DNA from: a virus
Lineage: Duplodnaviria; Caudoviricetes
IMG/VR virus record: IMGVR_UViG_3300021255_000054
Reading direction: 5' to 3' (one strand)
DNA length: 64,000 bases
Shown: positions 42,585 to 57,941 of the stretch, piece after piece
Position numbering within the stretch: position 1 is the stretch's first letter
Layout: every line of letters starts with the position of its first letter
Translations under genes and position numbers: made by a program
Notes under the pieces: generated by a model
What the model was told of the DNA's origin: nothing
Database searches by the model: none
Seen by the model: only the letters and a program-made list of their open reading frames with translations

Positions 42585-44300
42585 TTATAAGTACATATTT
42601 TTATATGTTATTGTTAAATTAGTTAAAGGTACATCAAAATCATGATAAATACGATGCGATAATGAACGATCAGTTTCTGACCAGTTAATAATGCGGCCAT
42701 CAGCATTTGGATGATTTTTTTCCCTTATAATTATGTAATTAGAGTTAAGCATATCACCTATATCTTCTTCTACTGTTTTAACTTCTCCAAAATCTTTCCA
42801 GTCATCCCATTCAGCAGGATCAGAAGAAACATAAGGATGTCTGTAACTTATATTTCCAATTGCCTCACCATACTAACTATTAAATCTTAACTACATTTTA
42901 AGCAATGAATAAGAATTTTCTTCATTGCTCATTCCATATAAGAAATATGACATTGCAGTAATAATTTTATCAATAGAATCTATATGTGCAGAATCAGCAT
43001 TATCTTGATTTGCTGCTTGAGCTTTAGCAAAATCAATAATTTTAATTGCCCATTCGCGCGCGCCCTAATGTCGCACACTATCTCTAATAGTTGCACGTAC
43101 ATCTTCCCATGTATATTTATATTTTTCATTTTCAGTGATATTAATCATCTTTTTAAAAATTGATATCGCTTTATTATAACTTGTAAGAATATTAGGAGTA
43201 GTTAACTACATAATCTATTTATTTGAACTTTCAACAATAATACTATTATATGGCGTATTTGAATCAGTAAAAGAATTTCTAGGTACACTTACATAACCTT
43301 CACTATTTAGCTATGGTGTAATATCAAATTGAATAATAGTATATGCTGGCGCATTTCCTGCATAATAAAAATATGCATAAGCGCCTCGTGATAAACTAGA
43401 GATACCATTGCCGCTAGCATCAATGATTGCGCCTGCAATTGTACCAGTTAATCCATCCCCAGCATCAATACATGCTGTACCTTTTACTAAATCAGGATCA
43501 TATATACGTGATTTTAAATCATCATCAATACTAGCATATACGCCATTGCCCAATAGCATATTACTACCAACCATACTACCAAGAGGGATACCATCTTCAT
43601 ATAATATTTTTAAAGCATCCTAAGAAGCGAATACACTAACATAATCACTATCATCAGTTGAAGTTGGTGGGCGCCAATAATCAATATATCTAATCGTACC
43701 ATTCTGTTTAACTTTTCGCCCAAGTATATTCTAAATAGCATACCAATGTGGCTCATCCATTACTAATTTTAAGTGAATGTCACCTTTATATAACGTTGTT
43801 TTAGTTTTATATTGCACACTATTTATAGTAATTGTTACATCATCTTCAAAAGGTAATAGGGAGATTTGCGGCGGTTCCGCTACGCGCGCGAGAATCGCTC
43901 TATTGGGATGCTCCGCTAAAATCAATTCTCGTGTTTCACCTGCGTGAAACCAATATAAAAATTCATCTAACTTAGGCTAATCAATACCATCAGTTGATAA
44001 TGTGAAATTTAACTAATTAGTTTTATAATGGGTGCCCCAATAATACTATCCATCTAAATTATCATATGTAGTTGTAGTATCATTAAAAGAAGCATATCCA
44101 TCGCGCTCAATTCTATCATTATTAATTGTAGCAATTAAATTAAAATCTTCAATATGCTTTCCGCCATATGTAAAACTAATAAAAGAGCGATTCATCAGGG
44201 AAAGCCGAAGCTCTCCCCGATGAGTTGCTTGATAGACCTAACCCCTACGAGTTAGGTCTACCTCTATATTTGCATTTGATATATCTCTATATTCTGGCAT
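42585..44300 (-). CDS. distal tail (Dit)-like protein (~571 aa, many TAG)
   Basis: FISFTYGGKHIEDFNLI near the N-terminus, ends YKNMYL-TAA; follows the tape measure; two track fragments in frame. Confidence 0.7.
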
Positions 44301-44306
44301 CTCCTT

Positions 44307-47300
44307 TTACCTCCCTATTCTATTTTGTGCTATTGTCTTACGAGCAATACCCATAATCTTATCTAACGCCTACTCGCCAGCGCGCTGTGCATCATAATCA
44401 TTAGCAATCTGATGTACTTGCATTATTACTTCTGCTTTTTCTATGGTAATACCATTATCATAATTGGTATTAATATTAGAAGTATCAGCGAGACCAATAA
44501 CGCTATCGCGCCAAGCTGATAGTAATGATAAGAGTGAATTTGGTTTATTACTTAGAATTTCATCACGTAAGATATGAGTTTGAGAAGCGTTGAGAACAGC
44601 TTCAGGATCAGTTTTAGTACCATGAAGTATTGATATACCTGTATATTTATTTAAACCGCCTTGTTCATAAGCTTGTGCGTCATGTACAACATAAGAATAA
44701 TTTTTACGCTTAGCAATTTTTTCTTCTCCTAGAGCCTTCGCCGCGCTTTTTGCGGCTTCAGGGGTATCTCCAACGCCATATCCTCCTAATGATGTTGTAT
44801 TTCCAGCAGAATCATATACAGTATATGTTGCTTTATATTTAGTATCAGAACCACTAGAAGTACTTTCAGCTACTCCATCTTTGCCATCCCAAACACCATT
44901 TTCATCAAAATTCCAAGTCTTGCCATCAATACTCTAAGTGCCAGTTACCATAGCGCCATCCGCGCCTAAATAATACCATTTTCCATCAGAGCCTTGTACC
45001 CAGCCAGTTTGCATATAGCCTTTATCATTAAAATAATAATCTTTTCCATCTATATTTTTCCAGCCAGTTGCCCAAGAACCACCATTATATTGATACCACC
45101 AACCAGTATCATCACTCTTCCAAGTACCACCAGTATTACTTACAGTGCCGCTCGCAGTACCTTTAGTTTCACTTCCACTAGAATTATTAGACTTACTACC
45201 GCCATTTATCTCATTAGTAAAAGCTTCAGCTTTTTCAGGATTATCTTCTATACCAGCTTCTGTATCTGTAAAATGATTAACTAATGCCTATAATCCACCT
45301 TCAATTTTCTCGTATTCTTTATAATACTACGTTTTAAATAAATTTTCTCTATCAAGTTTCATCTATTCTGTTGGAGATTTGCCCCACATACTAGAATTAT
45401 TTTCCTTGATATATGCCGCAATACCTTCGGCATTATTACCGTGCATAATATCATATACTTGGCTCCATAACAACCCATTTTCCTTTTCATATGCAAGCAT
45501 TTCTGTTTCAAGATCAATTTGTTGCTATAATTTTTCTAATTCATTATTAGAAGCTTCTTGTATAGCATCAATTTGTCTCTATTGTTCTTCAAAGTAATTA
45601 TCTTGCTATTTCTAAGTAATTTGTGCCTGTAGACTTGCCATTTCAGAAGTACTTGCACCGGATCTCTAAAGAATACTTAACTAGCGTTGTAACTTAATAA
45701 GTTCATCTTTATTGTCCTATGCTTCATACATATCACGCTCATTTTCAAGCTGTTCCTATAAGCCATCAATTAACTTATTAGCGCTATCTTCAATAGCATC
45801 CTTAGTATTCTCTAATTCTTCTATCGCGCGCTCACGGCTATCAACTAAAGCTTCATATACTGCATTTTCAACATCAATCTAATTATCTTCAATATCCTAT
45901 AATATCTCATTAACAGATTCCATGTCAGCAAGGATATTAGTTTTGCCTTCTTCAATGGCATCATATAATGATTGCATTTCTTCATTATCTGAATCAATCT
46001 TATTCCAGAAATTTTCAACAGCAGTAGCATAGTCTTCTTCTTTCCAAGTTCCATCTTCATTTTTTTCCCATTTGATCTTTTCGCCATTCTCATTATAATT
46101 CATCCATTCGGCGAATTTATCATTCATAGCAACAATTTTGTTATACTATTCTTCAGCTGTATAATTAGCTTCACCATATTGATTAGTGCCCATTAAATCA
46201 GATAATGCTTCAAACTAACCTGGTTGATATTTTAATTGCCCTTGTGCATCAAATGTATATAAGGTACTAAATGGACTTTCATTATTTAATTCATTTTTAC
46301 GTTTTTCAAAATATTCCTATTGAGAATTAACTAAGTCTTGACGTACTGCGATGGATTGTTCTAAGTCTTTTAATGTCACCATCTAGCTTTGTGCATAGTC
46401 CTATCCATGCGCCACCATATCAGACTAAATCTTAGACCGTAACTATTCTTGATAAGTGATATCTTTTTCTAACTTAGCAATTTCTTGTAACCAGTTATAC
46501 CATCTTTCTAATTCTTTTAAGAAGGCTTTATTAGCTTCGGAATCACTTCCACCACCACCGCCACCGCCAGAACCACCAGCGCCGGCGAGATCTTTAGCTG
46601 ATAGATTCTATAGCGATTTCCACATTGCACGTATCTTTTTAAGTGTACTAATTGCAGACTGCACGGAAGCTCTTGCTTCACCGCCATTCCAATTACCGGT
46701 TGCAAATGATACGGCATTCTTTTCATTAGTAGTTGGAGTACCACGAGAACTAGTACCAGTAGACATTAATCTTCTAGTCTATAAATGATTAAATACAATC
46801 GCATCATCTGGTAAATTTACAAATTCAGCACCATTACGACCTGCAATATAATAATGGCCGCCAGTAACATAAAGTTCAGGGCCAAGCTCACCCATGAGGG
46901 TACCTTGAGCCAAGGCTACATTACCTTTAGAGCCTGCTACACGGCCAAATTCATCTATTGCATCATCACGATTATTATTAGATAAACTATTAACTACTCT
47001 AGTAGTAATTGTCTAAGTTACTCCGCGATTAGCAATAGCAATATTTTCTAATAATGCTGTTTTTACAGCATTTTCGCCAATATTTATATCCTAAGTAACT
47101 GGATTTTCTTCTCCTAATTGCTTATTTCCGGGAATATCATTATCTGCAACTTCATTTGTCCCAGATTCTACGTCCTGAGTCACCTTATATTCTTTAGCAG
47201 CAGTGATTGTAGCTTCTTTATGAAGCTCCAAATCTTTCATAAGATTCTAAGTATCACCATCTATCTATGCTTCTAATGGCGGAACATAAGTAATTTCTCC

Positions 47301-50300
47301 TGTTTCAGTATTTACAGTAACATCTACAACTGCACTCGCGCCCTATTTAATTCTAAAAGAAATTGTACTATCTGTGTTCTGTTCATTTGAATTTTCTAAA
47401 TCTGTACCTGTAATTAACGCATGAGTCTTAATACCCAATGCTAATCCTGTACGATCCTATGCTGTGATTGTATAATTATCATTTGGAAATGTTGTTATAT
47501 ACTATTGACTATTAATATCATATTCGACCGTAGTATCAATAGCACCATGATAAGTAACCTTGCCAGTGTCATCAATAATATAGTCTTTAGATAAAAGATT
47601 CGTAAAAGAAGCAGCGGCCATTGCACGAACAGCAGATTCTTCTTGACCTTCTCCAAACTATGATTCTTTTCCGTCAATTATATATTTGCCATTTGTATTT
47701 AACTATAATACTTCATTGCAAGAAAATACTAAATGTAAATCGCCTAAATCATAGCTCCCAGTTAAACCCTTACCGGCAAGTTCGGTTCTTATTGAATTAT
47801 ATAAATCATCATTATCCCAAGTATTAGATTCCGCAGCTGCACGATAAGCTTTTAGAATAGCGGCATACGCATCTCCCAGGCCATCTTCTGCATGGCTGCT
47901 TAATTCATTAGGATCCATATTGATCATATCTTCAATAGTAAATACTTCAGATCCTTTTAATTTTATCTTGCCATTTTTAATAGCATTAGCTAAATCCTCA
48001 TTATAATTTTCACTCTTTTCATCAATATGATCTTTGACATATTTAATAAAATTATCATAATTTTCATTAAATTGAGTCCAATCAATTTCCCATGCTTGCG
48101 TATCTGCATTAAATGTTTTTAAAAATAAATCTCCAAAATCTAAGCCATTTTCATCTACATCAATGTCGCCAAGCTATTCCATCGCCGCAATAGTTTCAAG
48201 TAAACCAATCATACTATCAAGCATTTTAATTTGCTCATCAGCAAATTTATCAATGCCAGCATCAACATTTTCGGATAAGCCATCAATGCCTGAAGCAAAA
48301 TTAATACCAAATTCGCTTAATGTTACTCCCATATCGCCAGTCGACATATTGGATAAAGTCCCTGATGCACGTAACAATAAATCCGCCGCATCTTGCATAT
48401 TAGATAATGTTTCCTTACCAAGCTAAATTGGGATATTACTTAATTCAGCAATTTTGCCCATTTCAGTGACTATATTATAAAAATCTTCATATGCCATTAA
48501 GCCTTTATCTGCACCGCTGGTAGTAGCGCGCATTTTTTCAAATGCCGTAGTCCAATTCTTCCAATAATTTAATGGATTATTTTGTCCACTTGGAATTTTA
48601 TTTTCCATAAATTTGAAAGAATCATCTTCAGTAGTAGCACGAGCCATATTGATTCTTTCAGCTAATAATAATTCATGTTCTAATGCTTGAATACGTTCTC
48701 CATTATCTGGGGTTTCTTTTCCTTGACGCACTTTTTCCCAAGCATCACTATTATTATGTAAAGCATCTTCCTCAGCACGTAATTCGGCAACTGTAGTAGT
48801 AGCAGCATCCTTAACATCAATTAGCATATTCTTAATATATTTGCCATTAACTTCTAAGCCTTGCTTATCTAAATCCATTAATGCCTATATACTAATTGGA
48901 TTTTTTGCCATTAAGCTATCAAAATACTAGTTTAATTCATCTTCAGATAGTATTTCTTCTGGTTCTTTAGCCCATTCAGGAACAGGAGTCATTAGAATGT
49001 GTGCCTCAGTCTCACCCAAATTAACATTTTCATAAGCAGTACTTAATAAACTTGAATGAGTTCCATCAGGATTATCAATCCATGGACGAGCATACATATT
49101 AACATTTCCACGTAGCCCTTCAAATGCAGCAATATATGGTTGTTCACCATTTTGTAATTTATCATATTGCTTCTAAGCTTCAACTAATTCTTTTTCATAT
49201 TGTAATTCCTCTTTTAAAGATTTTACATATGCTGAATTACTTGTAGCATCATTAAATTCTTCACGAGTCTCTTTATAATAGTCAGCCAATTCATTAAATA
49301 AAGAATCGCCGGAAAAACTATTAAGTGTAGATATTTTATCAATTAATGCTTCTGCAGATTCGTTAGCTAATCTAAAACCATCGACAGTAGGCTCAAAATC
49401 AAGTTGGCCTACACCATTATCAGTGGCCCATTGCTATAATTTAAATGTATCAGCATTCTTTAAATTACCACTAATACCACCACTAATTAAAGAAGTGATT
49501 TGAGATAACACATCCGCGATTGTGTCAGCTAATTCCGCCATTTGTTCTGGAATTATTGCGCCAGCTTTTGCGGCAGCCTCAGCTACCTTCTAAATTAATC
49601 CAGGGATATCCGCGCCAACATCTAATTGATAAATACCATCCTGAACTCTTTGTCCATAGCCTTCCATCAAAGATTCAAGCGCATCTTTACCAAGTACACT
49701 TTCTAAATAGGATACATTAATAGCCTTACCGGGCTTCGCTTCAGCTAATCCTTTAATCTATTCAACAGTATTATCTATAATAGTATTAGTACTATTATAG
49801 AACTCGGTCATTGCATCAGCATATTCATTACGTAATTGATAATATTCAGAAGACTAAGCATTTAAACCTAATGAAGCAAGAAATGCGTCAATATCAAAAA
49901 TACGGATGCCCCCAAAACCAGTCAGCTATGCTGCTGGTCCCTTACCGCTCCAATCTGTTAATAGACCTTTTAACTAAGTTTCCATGTCTTTACCATAGCT
50001 ATTATATAACTATGCTAAAGTATCAAAAGACATATTTGCGGCATTTTGTAATGCTTCTTGTGCATCAATACGGCCTTGGTCATTTGCAGTTAAAAGTTTA
50101 GCATAAGCATTATTTAAATCTGCCTAAGTACCGCCCGCAGTCTCTTTCATTTGTTGATAAATAGCGGCGTAGACGTCTACCATGCCTTTTACAGAAGTAA
50201 CTACACCATTTTTATCTACCATCTTAAGAGAAGCTAATACTTGTCTTAATTCACCTGTAACTACAGATCCAACTACGACATTCTCAACTTTATCTAAAGC

Positions 50301-53300
50301 ATCATTCCAACGATTAATCGCATTAGAATAAATTTCTGCTAATTCAGATTCTGTTAAATTAGGCTTTAATGCTTTAGCAATATTTACTGCATCCTATCCG
50401 CCACGAAGTAATATTTGAATATTATCTTGAACCGTAGAAATACTTTCTTCAATTGATCCTCCATAACTTTCTAAAAGAATCTATATTGCATGTCCTAATT
50501 TATTAACATCATCTTGCGTTCTATCACTAGATAAGAAGCTACTAATATCAATATTCTCTTGTGCAGCTTTAATAGTATTATCTTTAACCCACTAATCAAT
50601 CTTAGATTTGGGTAAAATACCAATATCTTTTAACTATTGCGCTTGCGCTTCAATATACTCTTTAATATATTCAGGCCGTATAGTAAAGGCGCCAAGAATA
50701 TCATCATAATAACTTACATTTTCAATTTGTAAGTTTTTATTAAGTAACTAATTATAATTTTCAACAAAAGATCCTAAATCTGCTAAATTATTAGTGCCAC
50801 TAGATAATAAGGACACACCAGTAGAAATATTCTATAAATAAGAGTCACCAATCGCAGCAATTTCCTACTAGAATAATTCATTAACATCGTATCCGACTTG
50901 AGCTAATCTTTTATTTAAACCAGCTAAATCTACTCTATTATGACCCCATTCATCAGTATGAATAAATTCTCTAATATTAATGCCCCAATTTGCAAATGCG
51001 GTTTGGAATGCGGCGATAGATTCTTCAGATAAATCTTGATAATTAGAAACTAAATCTTGAACAGCATTATATTGCTTATTCTGAATTGAATAGCGTAAAT
51101 TATTTATCTATGCTATTAAATTGTTATATTCTTCAGGATGAGATTGAATATCTGGAAGAGCATTAACAAATGCCAATAACCTATCGATATCTTGCTAAGA
51201 ATTAATAACAAATTCTTCAGTCCAATTATTATATTCAATACCTAATCCTTGAAGCTACTGTACTGCTGTATAAGGATCTCCACCATAAGCAACTAGCAAG
51301 TTTTCTACGTCAGATAAGCTAAATCTTTCTGTAATAATTTTAGAGGTTGCAGCATATTTATTACGTTTAGATACAATATTTTTATTTATATCATTATATA
51401 CATTAAGTAATGCTTCTTTTCCTTCTTCATCATAAGCTTCGACTGATGACTTTAATAATAATAAAAGATTTTCAGTCCTTGCTGTAGATTCAACAGTGAA
51501 TGTTTCTTGTGTTAAACTAGTAATATAACCATTATCAAGTAATACTTGCTTCATATTATCGGTTAATGAAGAAATATTAACTTCATCCCCGATTTTTGCA
51601 GAAGATAAATTCTATAACTAAGAAGCTATCTACTTACCTTTATTATCTTTTGCACGCTGGGCAATTTGGCTATCAATAGTTTCAGTTGCAAAATCTGTAA
51701 AGTCTTCTAATTTTACACCAAATGCAGCAGCGAGCACAGTTATAATCTATTCCGCACTTGCATTTGCATTTGCTTCAAAAGTATCTGTTTCTGGATTATA
51801 ATGATAAATAGCTGCAAGAGCACTGTTAGTAAAAGTATTTGTTGTTTCATCAAAAAAGTCTGATAATTCTAATTTATATTGATTAGCATATGATTCTAAT
51901 TCACTAACAGTAAATCCGCCCTATACCATATCAATTACTGCTTTTTCTTTCCCCCCTCCAAGATTAGTTGTTATAGAATCAGCAATAATTTTATTATAGT
52001 CCTCAAGAGTAAATAATACTCCATCTATCATACTACCAATATGAGCACGTAAATTATTGATTACTTCATTAAAAATTTCTGGATCTTTTAAATCTGTCTA
52101 AGTATAGCCCTATTCTTCTAATAGCGCAGTAGTAGTTTCACTTAAAGAAGTAATACTGGGATCTAATAATTCTTTTAATGCCGTATGATACTATTCAGCA
52201 TTTGCTTGAATGGACGCTTTCTATGCAGCTAAAGAAACTTGAGCATCAATGCCTGCTTCAGATAACGCTTGATTTAAACTAGAAACATCGCCTTCTAATA
52301 AATCAGCCCAATAATTATTAATATTAAGTCCAATCTATTTTAGCTATGCAGCTAATGTATCCTTTAAATAATTACCTTCGCCGTTAGCAATTTTAGTATA
52401 GTCTAAAGATACGATAGAAATACCAATAGAATTCTTTACAAGAGATTGATACATATCTTCATTAACTTGCATTAATTTTTCATAATTATCTTTTTGTTCT
52501 TGAATATATATATCCCAATCAATAGAGCCATCATATCCTTCATAAATCTCTTGCATCTAAGTTAAATATGCTTCAGCCTCAGATTCAGAAATTCCAAAAG
52601 TTGTCTTAAAAGAACTAACTTGTGATTTACGCCAATCCTCATCTGCAAAATTAGTAACATATTTCTAATTAAAATATGAACTATCTAAGAAGTTATACAT
52701 AGTACTTGCCTATGTTTTAGCATCTTCAATTTCTTTTGCAACATCCGCAGACTACTATGATAACTATAATTCTAGTCCTCTTCTAGTTAATAAATATCCT
52801 CCAACAGCTTCATTATATTGATATATATCATCAAATACTAATTCTTCTGTTCCATCATATTTAGTTAATATATCTGCCGCATTCTTATATGCTTCAGAAT
52901 ACTTAACTCCCTTACCAGCATTCTCTGCCGCCTTCTCAACATTTTCAATAGTTTCCTACAAAGAAGCCTATAAGCGTTGAGTCATCGCGCCAACATTGTA
53001 CATTAAGCGAGTTGCGGCATCATTTAATTCATTAACTAAATCATCAAAACCGCCCATGCTTTGTAATTGTTCAGCAGCTTTTGTTAGGGATTCTGAATTA
53101 GTAAAGTCTAAAGAAGAAATTATTGGAGCAATCTATGTCTATTTAAATGAGTCTAAAGCACCAATTTGATTAAATACCTAATTTAAACTATTTAAATATG
53201 CAGAAGCCGCTGCGTGCTAACCATCCTTAATCAAATCCTAATAATGAGTTAAGCCCGCACGTAAATATGAAATGTTCTAAGTAGTTAACTCACCATCTTT

Positions 53301-56300
53301 TTCTTCTATCTTATCATTAAATAGATTTTTAAATAATTCTGAATTTATACCAAAAATATTATTTAACTATTGAGATAATCCATCAGTTGCTTCTTTGCGT
53401 AATTTTTCAAACTATTCTTTCCATCCAGCATCTACAACTGAACCTTTTACGCCTTCAAAATCTTTATAAAAATCAATCATAGAACGATATGAATTATAAT
53501 CAGCTTGCATTAAACTAGAAGCTAATGATTGATGCTAAGATACCCATGTAGCAATCTCATTGCGATATTTTGTATTATCTCCTGCATTCATGTCTATATA
53601 AGAACCAAACTTAGAATCAAATACAAATGATATAAAAGAACTATAATCTTTAATCTAATTATATAATTGTTGCTCTATAATATCTGGTGAATTTTTTAAT
53701 TGATCTAAATAACTATTTACATCTTTTTTAGTCTTTTCATATTGTAAAGTATTATCTATATTCTCATAGGTTTCTGTAATAGAATTAATATGTTCTGAAG
53801 CATGTTGCTAAATAACCTTAATTAATTCAATTAATTTTTCCCCTTTTAAATCAAATAATAAATTAGTATCAAAATTTTCTATTTCAGTTAATTCATCCAA
53901 TGAAATATTCGTTGCTTTTGCAATTTCATTTAAATAATAAGATAAATTTGTAGCAATAAAATTGTCATAGCCACCAAATTCATCTAATGAAGATGTCATA
54001 GATTGTGCCAATTTCTAATAAATATCAATATAATTAGTAAAAATTGCTTTCTGCCAGAGTTTTGAATCTCCTGAATTTAATACAGAAGTGAAATCTCTAC
54101 CCGTCTATTCTCCATACCATTTTAATAAATTATAGTCATATCCAGCATGGCTCTCTGTAGAATCATATCCTTGATAATGATCTTGTAGCCATCCATGTAT
54201 AACATTCTAACTATTATTATAATCTTCTGAAAAACCTAAATCAAATAATCTATTATAAGCTTCCTTTTGGGTTTCTAATTTTTTTAGTTCTGCTTCTATA
54301 GAACCTATCGTAGCAGTAGAAGTTTTCTATCTCGCTGCGGCCAACTATTCCTCTAAAGTTTTAGTAGTAATAATAGCATTACCAGCCTAATCAATACTTT
54401 CTACTAATGAAGGATAAGAATCTCGTAATTGATTCATCTAATCTTTATAAGCCTATTCAGCTTCAATAGAATCATATCGAGCGGCTTCAAGTTCTTTTAA
54501 CTAATTATAAGCTTGACTTAAAGCTTTTTCTTCTCCTTTTGCACGAATTACTTCTTCCTATGCCTGTGATGCGGCTTTATCTGCTAATTCTATCTATCTA
54601 GATATAGAAACATTCAGCATTTCATGTGCAGAAGTTAAAGTAGCAAAATTTTCTACTAATCCAGAAGTTAATCCAGTAATACCGCCAATAATTGCTGCCG
54701 GAACTGTAAGAATACCGCCACTTACAGCAGCTCCCCCTGCTCCTCCCATAGCAATACCACTGATTGTCTTTCCTACTATTGAAAGTAATGCACCATTACG
54801 TGTAGTAGTCCCGGCGGATCTATCTTCATCTGCATTAGTACTTGAACCATATTTAGATAATCCTTGTAAGGTTATACCACCGCCTATTAAAGATAAACCA
54901 CTACCAATAGTAGATAGAACAGAGCGTATTGAACCAGTTAAAGTATTCTTTAAAGTACTGCCCATAGTTTGAGTAGCATTATTAAACTAAATACTAAACT
55001 ATTTTCCAGCTTGAGCGCCACCATCCTAGGCCACTATAACCATTTTGCTAATCATATTAGCAAAATTATCAGAAACTGAACTTAATCCATTAGAAATATG
55101 ATTAAGAATTATAGTCGCTGCACTTTTAACTATTGAAATTAATGATCCAGCTACAGCAATTGCTAAGCCTGGAATTTTTCCAAATACTTTAGGTAAACTA
55201 TTACCAGCACTCACAACATTAGTAATAGTATCTAATATATTTTTATATAGATCCTAAATTCCAGAGCTAGTATAGAACTCTTGAATTGTAACTTTCATTC
55301 TTTCTATCTTAGCATCAATAGAATCTAGAGTTTTTAATGTCTATAAATCACCAGTTCCAGCTGCATCATTCGCAGTCTATAATGCTTTCCTATACTCATC
55401 AACATTACTAACCAAAGCTAAGAAACGAGATTGCTGTCTATTACCAGCCATTAATGTAGCAATATAGCGTTGAGATAGAGAATCTAGGCTATCCCATTTT
55501 TCCATTAATTCAAGTAAAACATCATCAAAATCTCTAAATTGTCCTGCTGTATCATGAATAGTAATACCAACTGTCTATAACGCTGCGTCAACGCGGTTTA
55601 AGCTCATTTCTTCGCCTTCGCTGTCGCGTAATGCAGTAGGGTCTGCGGTCATTTCACCATAACGAGAAATAACAGACTTTAAAGCAGTACCAATATTGGT
55701 TGCAGATTCACGAGTTGTAGCAATCATTGTAGCCATCATAGCAGTTGTAGCTTCAAAACTTGAACCTACTGCTTCAGCAGACGCAGCAGTTTTACTAATA
55801 GCAACAGCTAATTCCTCAGTACTAGAAGCAGTTGTAGCTGCTAAAGCACTAAATACGTCTGTAACATGACCAGCATCTTGCATTTCTAGCTTGAAACCAC
55901 GAATAGCTGTAGTCATATAGTCTGCAGCGGTAGCGTAATCAAGGCCAGCAATACGTGCCATCTTTAGCGTTTCTGTAGTTAATGTCATTACATCATTAGA
56001 TTGTAAACCCTATTGATAGTAAATCTAAGAAACTTCATAAACACCCTTAATAGCTACGCCATATTGACGTGCAATTTCACTGTATCTACTAATCTATCCC
56101 CATAAATCATCCTGAGACATATTAGTAACTACAGCGATAGATGTCATAACGGTATCCAATTCTTGGATATGTTTTTTCATATCATTAATAGCTGTTTTAG
56201 TTAGATTTAATACTTGCCAAAATCCCATCCAACGATCTACAGCCATCTATATATTACTTAATGATTTCTATTTCCTTTCTAAATTAGTTAAAGAATCGAT

Positions 56301-57878
56301 ATGCCCGCGAATTGCTGCAACAGCCTATTCATGTACTCTTATTGCATCTTCGTTGCTTCCTGCATTTCCAGCAGCTGCAGCTGCCTCTTGCTGATGAGCT
56401 TCTGCTACATCATGAAGTGCTTTCGCCGCGCCAGATGCTGCTTCCTAAGTTTTCTAATAATTTTCCGCGCGTTTATTATTAACTTCATCTGAATTAACTG
56501 TATTATCTGCTTCATTTAGTTCCTTTTTTTTCTCGTTTAAATCATCAAGGGTCTATTTAGTAGTATCAGCTTCAGATTGTACTCTATCACGATACTATTC
56601 CATTACTTTATCAGTATTATCTAATAAAGCAGATAAATCAAATCCCTTAACTATGGCATTCGTAATTGCGCCAATTTCTTGTGAATTTAAGTTTAAACCA
56701 GAATTTTTTAATATATTAGAAACCTAAGATTTAAAAGCACTAGTATTAATATTTGTAGTTAAGTCAGCATTATCAAAAATATGCTAAATTCCAGCAACCA
56801 TATTAGTCTATAACTAATTAATGGTACTTTCATCCATTAGTCCAGTATCAACAAATAATGTCTTAAATCTTGCTTTAATTGCTCCAAAATATTTGGCATA
56901 ATTCTAACTAATATCAATATCTTTAAATAAATCTTCAACATTATATTGCTTTAATACATTTTGAATGGCTTCTTTGCTAGCATTCGCAGAAGGCGCAGTT
57001 TTATATGCATTTAATATTTCTTGCTATAATTTTTGATATTCTGGTATTCTCTGCCGCATTTGCTCGCAGCCTTTAATAATAGCATCGACTTCTGAGTTAA
57101 TAAAATCTTGTACATTGCTGCCAGCTTTAATATTATTTGTTTTCTGTCCAGAATAATTTTCAAAACCACTATAAAAATTCTTTAATAACTCCTAATAATC
57201 TGTAGTATCAGTTTTAAAAGATTTACCAGTGGTTGCAGCATCAAAAGCTTTCTAAATGTCATCACGTATAGTAGAAACTTTATTAGTACTTAAAGTATTT
57301 AATTGTCCCTATAAAGACTGTAATTTTTCTTCAGATTTTTCGATCAACTTGTCTACTTTTGACATTTCTTTTTCAAAGGTAGAAGATAATCCTGAAAAAG
57401 TTAAATTTTCTATTGATAAACCTAATTTTTCCGCTGCATGTTTTACTTTATCAGCATTCTAAACAGTAGAATCATCAAAAAAGTTGCCAATAGTTCCTTT
57501 ACGTAGATTTGTTAAATCTTGTTGTAACTATTTAATTTTATCTCTAAGTTCATCTATCTGTTTCTTTTCGGTATCTGTTAAAATAAAGTCATCTAAATTA
57601 AAAGTGGAAAATTTCTCAGTTGCAGTTTTTAAATTAGTTAATAAATTTTCATAATCCTTTAAATACTTTTTAGAGTCAGAAGAGGTTTTAAATGCGCTCT
57701 CCATTTTTCCTTTTAATTCATCAGCTCTATTTTTTAATTTTTCTAAAAAATCATTAGTAGTCTTAAAAGCAGTAGAATCCATTTGAACTGATTTTAATAA
57801 TGTTTCTCTCAAAGACTAAATTTGTTTCTATGCTTCTTGCAATCCTAATGAAACCTATAATTCTAATGAATTTGCCAT
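44307..57878 (-). CDS. tape measure protein (~4,523 aa, very many TAG)
   Basis: Eleven track fragments share the frame. TP901-type TMP core (TLKMARIAGLD..DYMTTAIRGF..TRESATNIGTALK), long helical body, GELGPEL motif, C-terminal cell-wall-binding repeats. Internal codons not all checked. Confidence 0.85.
44885..45130 (-). repeat. cell-wall/choline-binding-type repeats within the TMP C-terminus
   Basis: GWWYQYNGGSWATGWKNIDGKDYYFNDKGYMQTGWVQGSDGKWYYLGADGAMVTG. Confidence 0.8.
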
Positions 57879-57904
57879 TATCCTTCATCTCCTTTCCCGC
57901 ATTA

Positions 57905-57941
57905 AAATAAAAAAAGAGCCACTTTCCGAAGAAAGTGGCTC
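57905..57941 (-). terminator. intrinsic terminator (cUUCGg loop) just upstream of the TMP gene
   Basis: Minus strand GAGCCACTTTC-TTCG-GAAAGTGGCTC-TTTTTTTATTTT. Confidence 0.8.
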
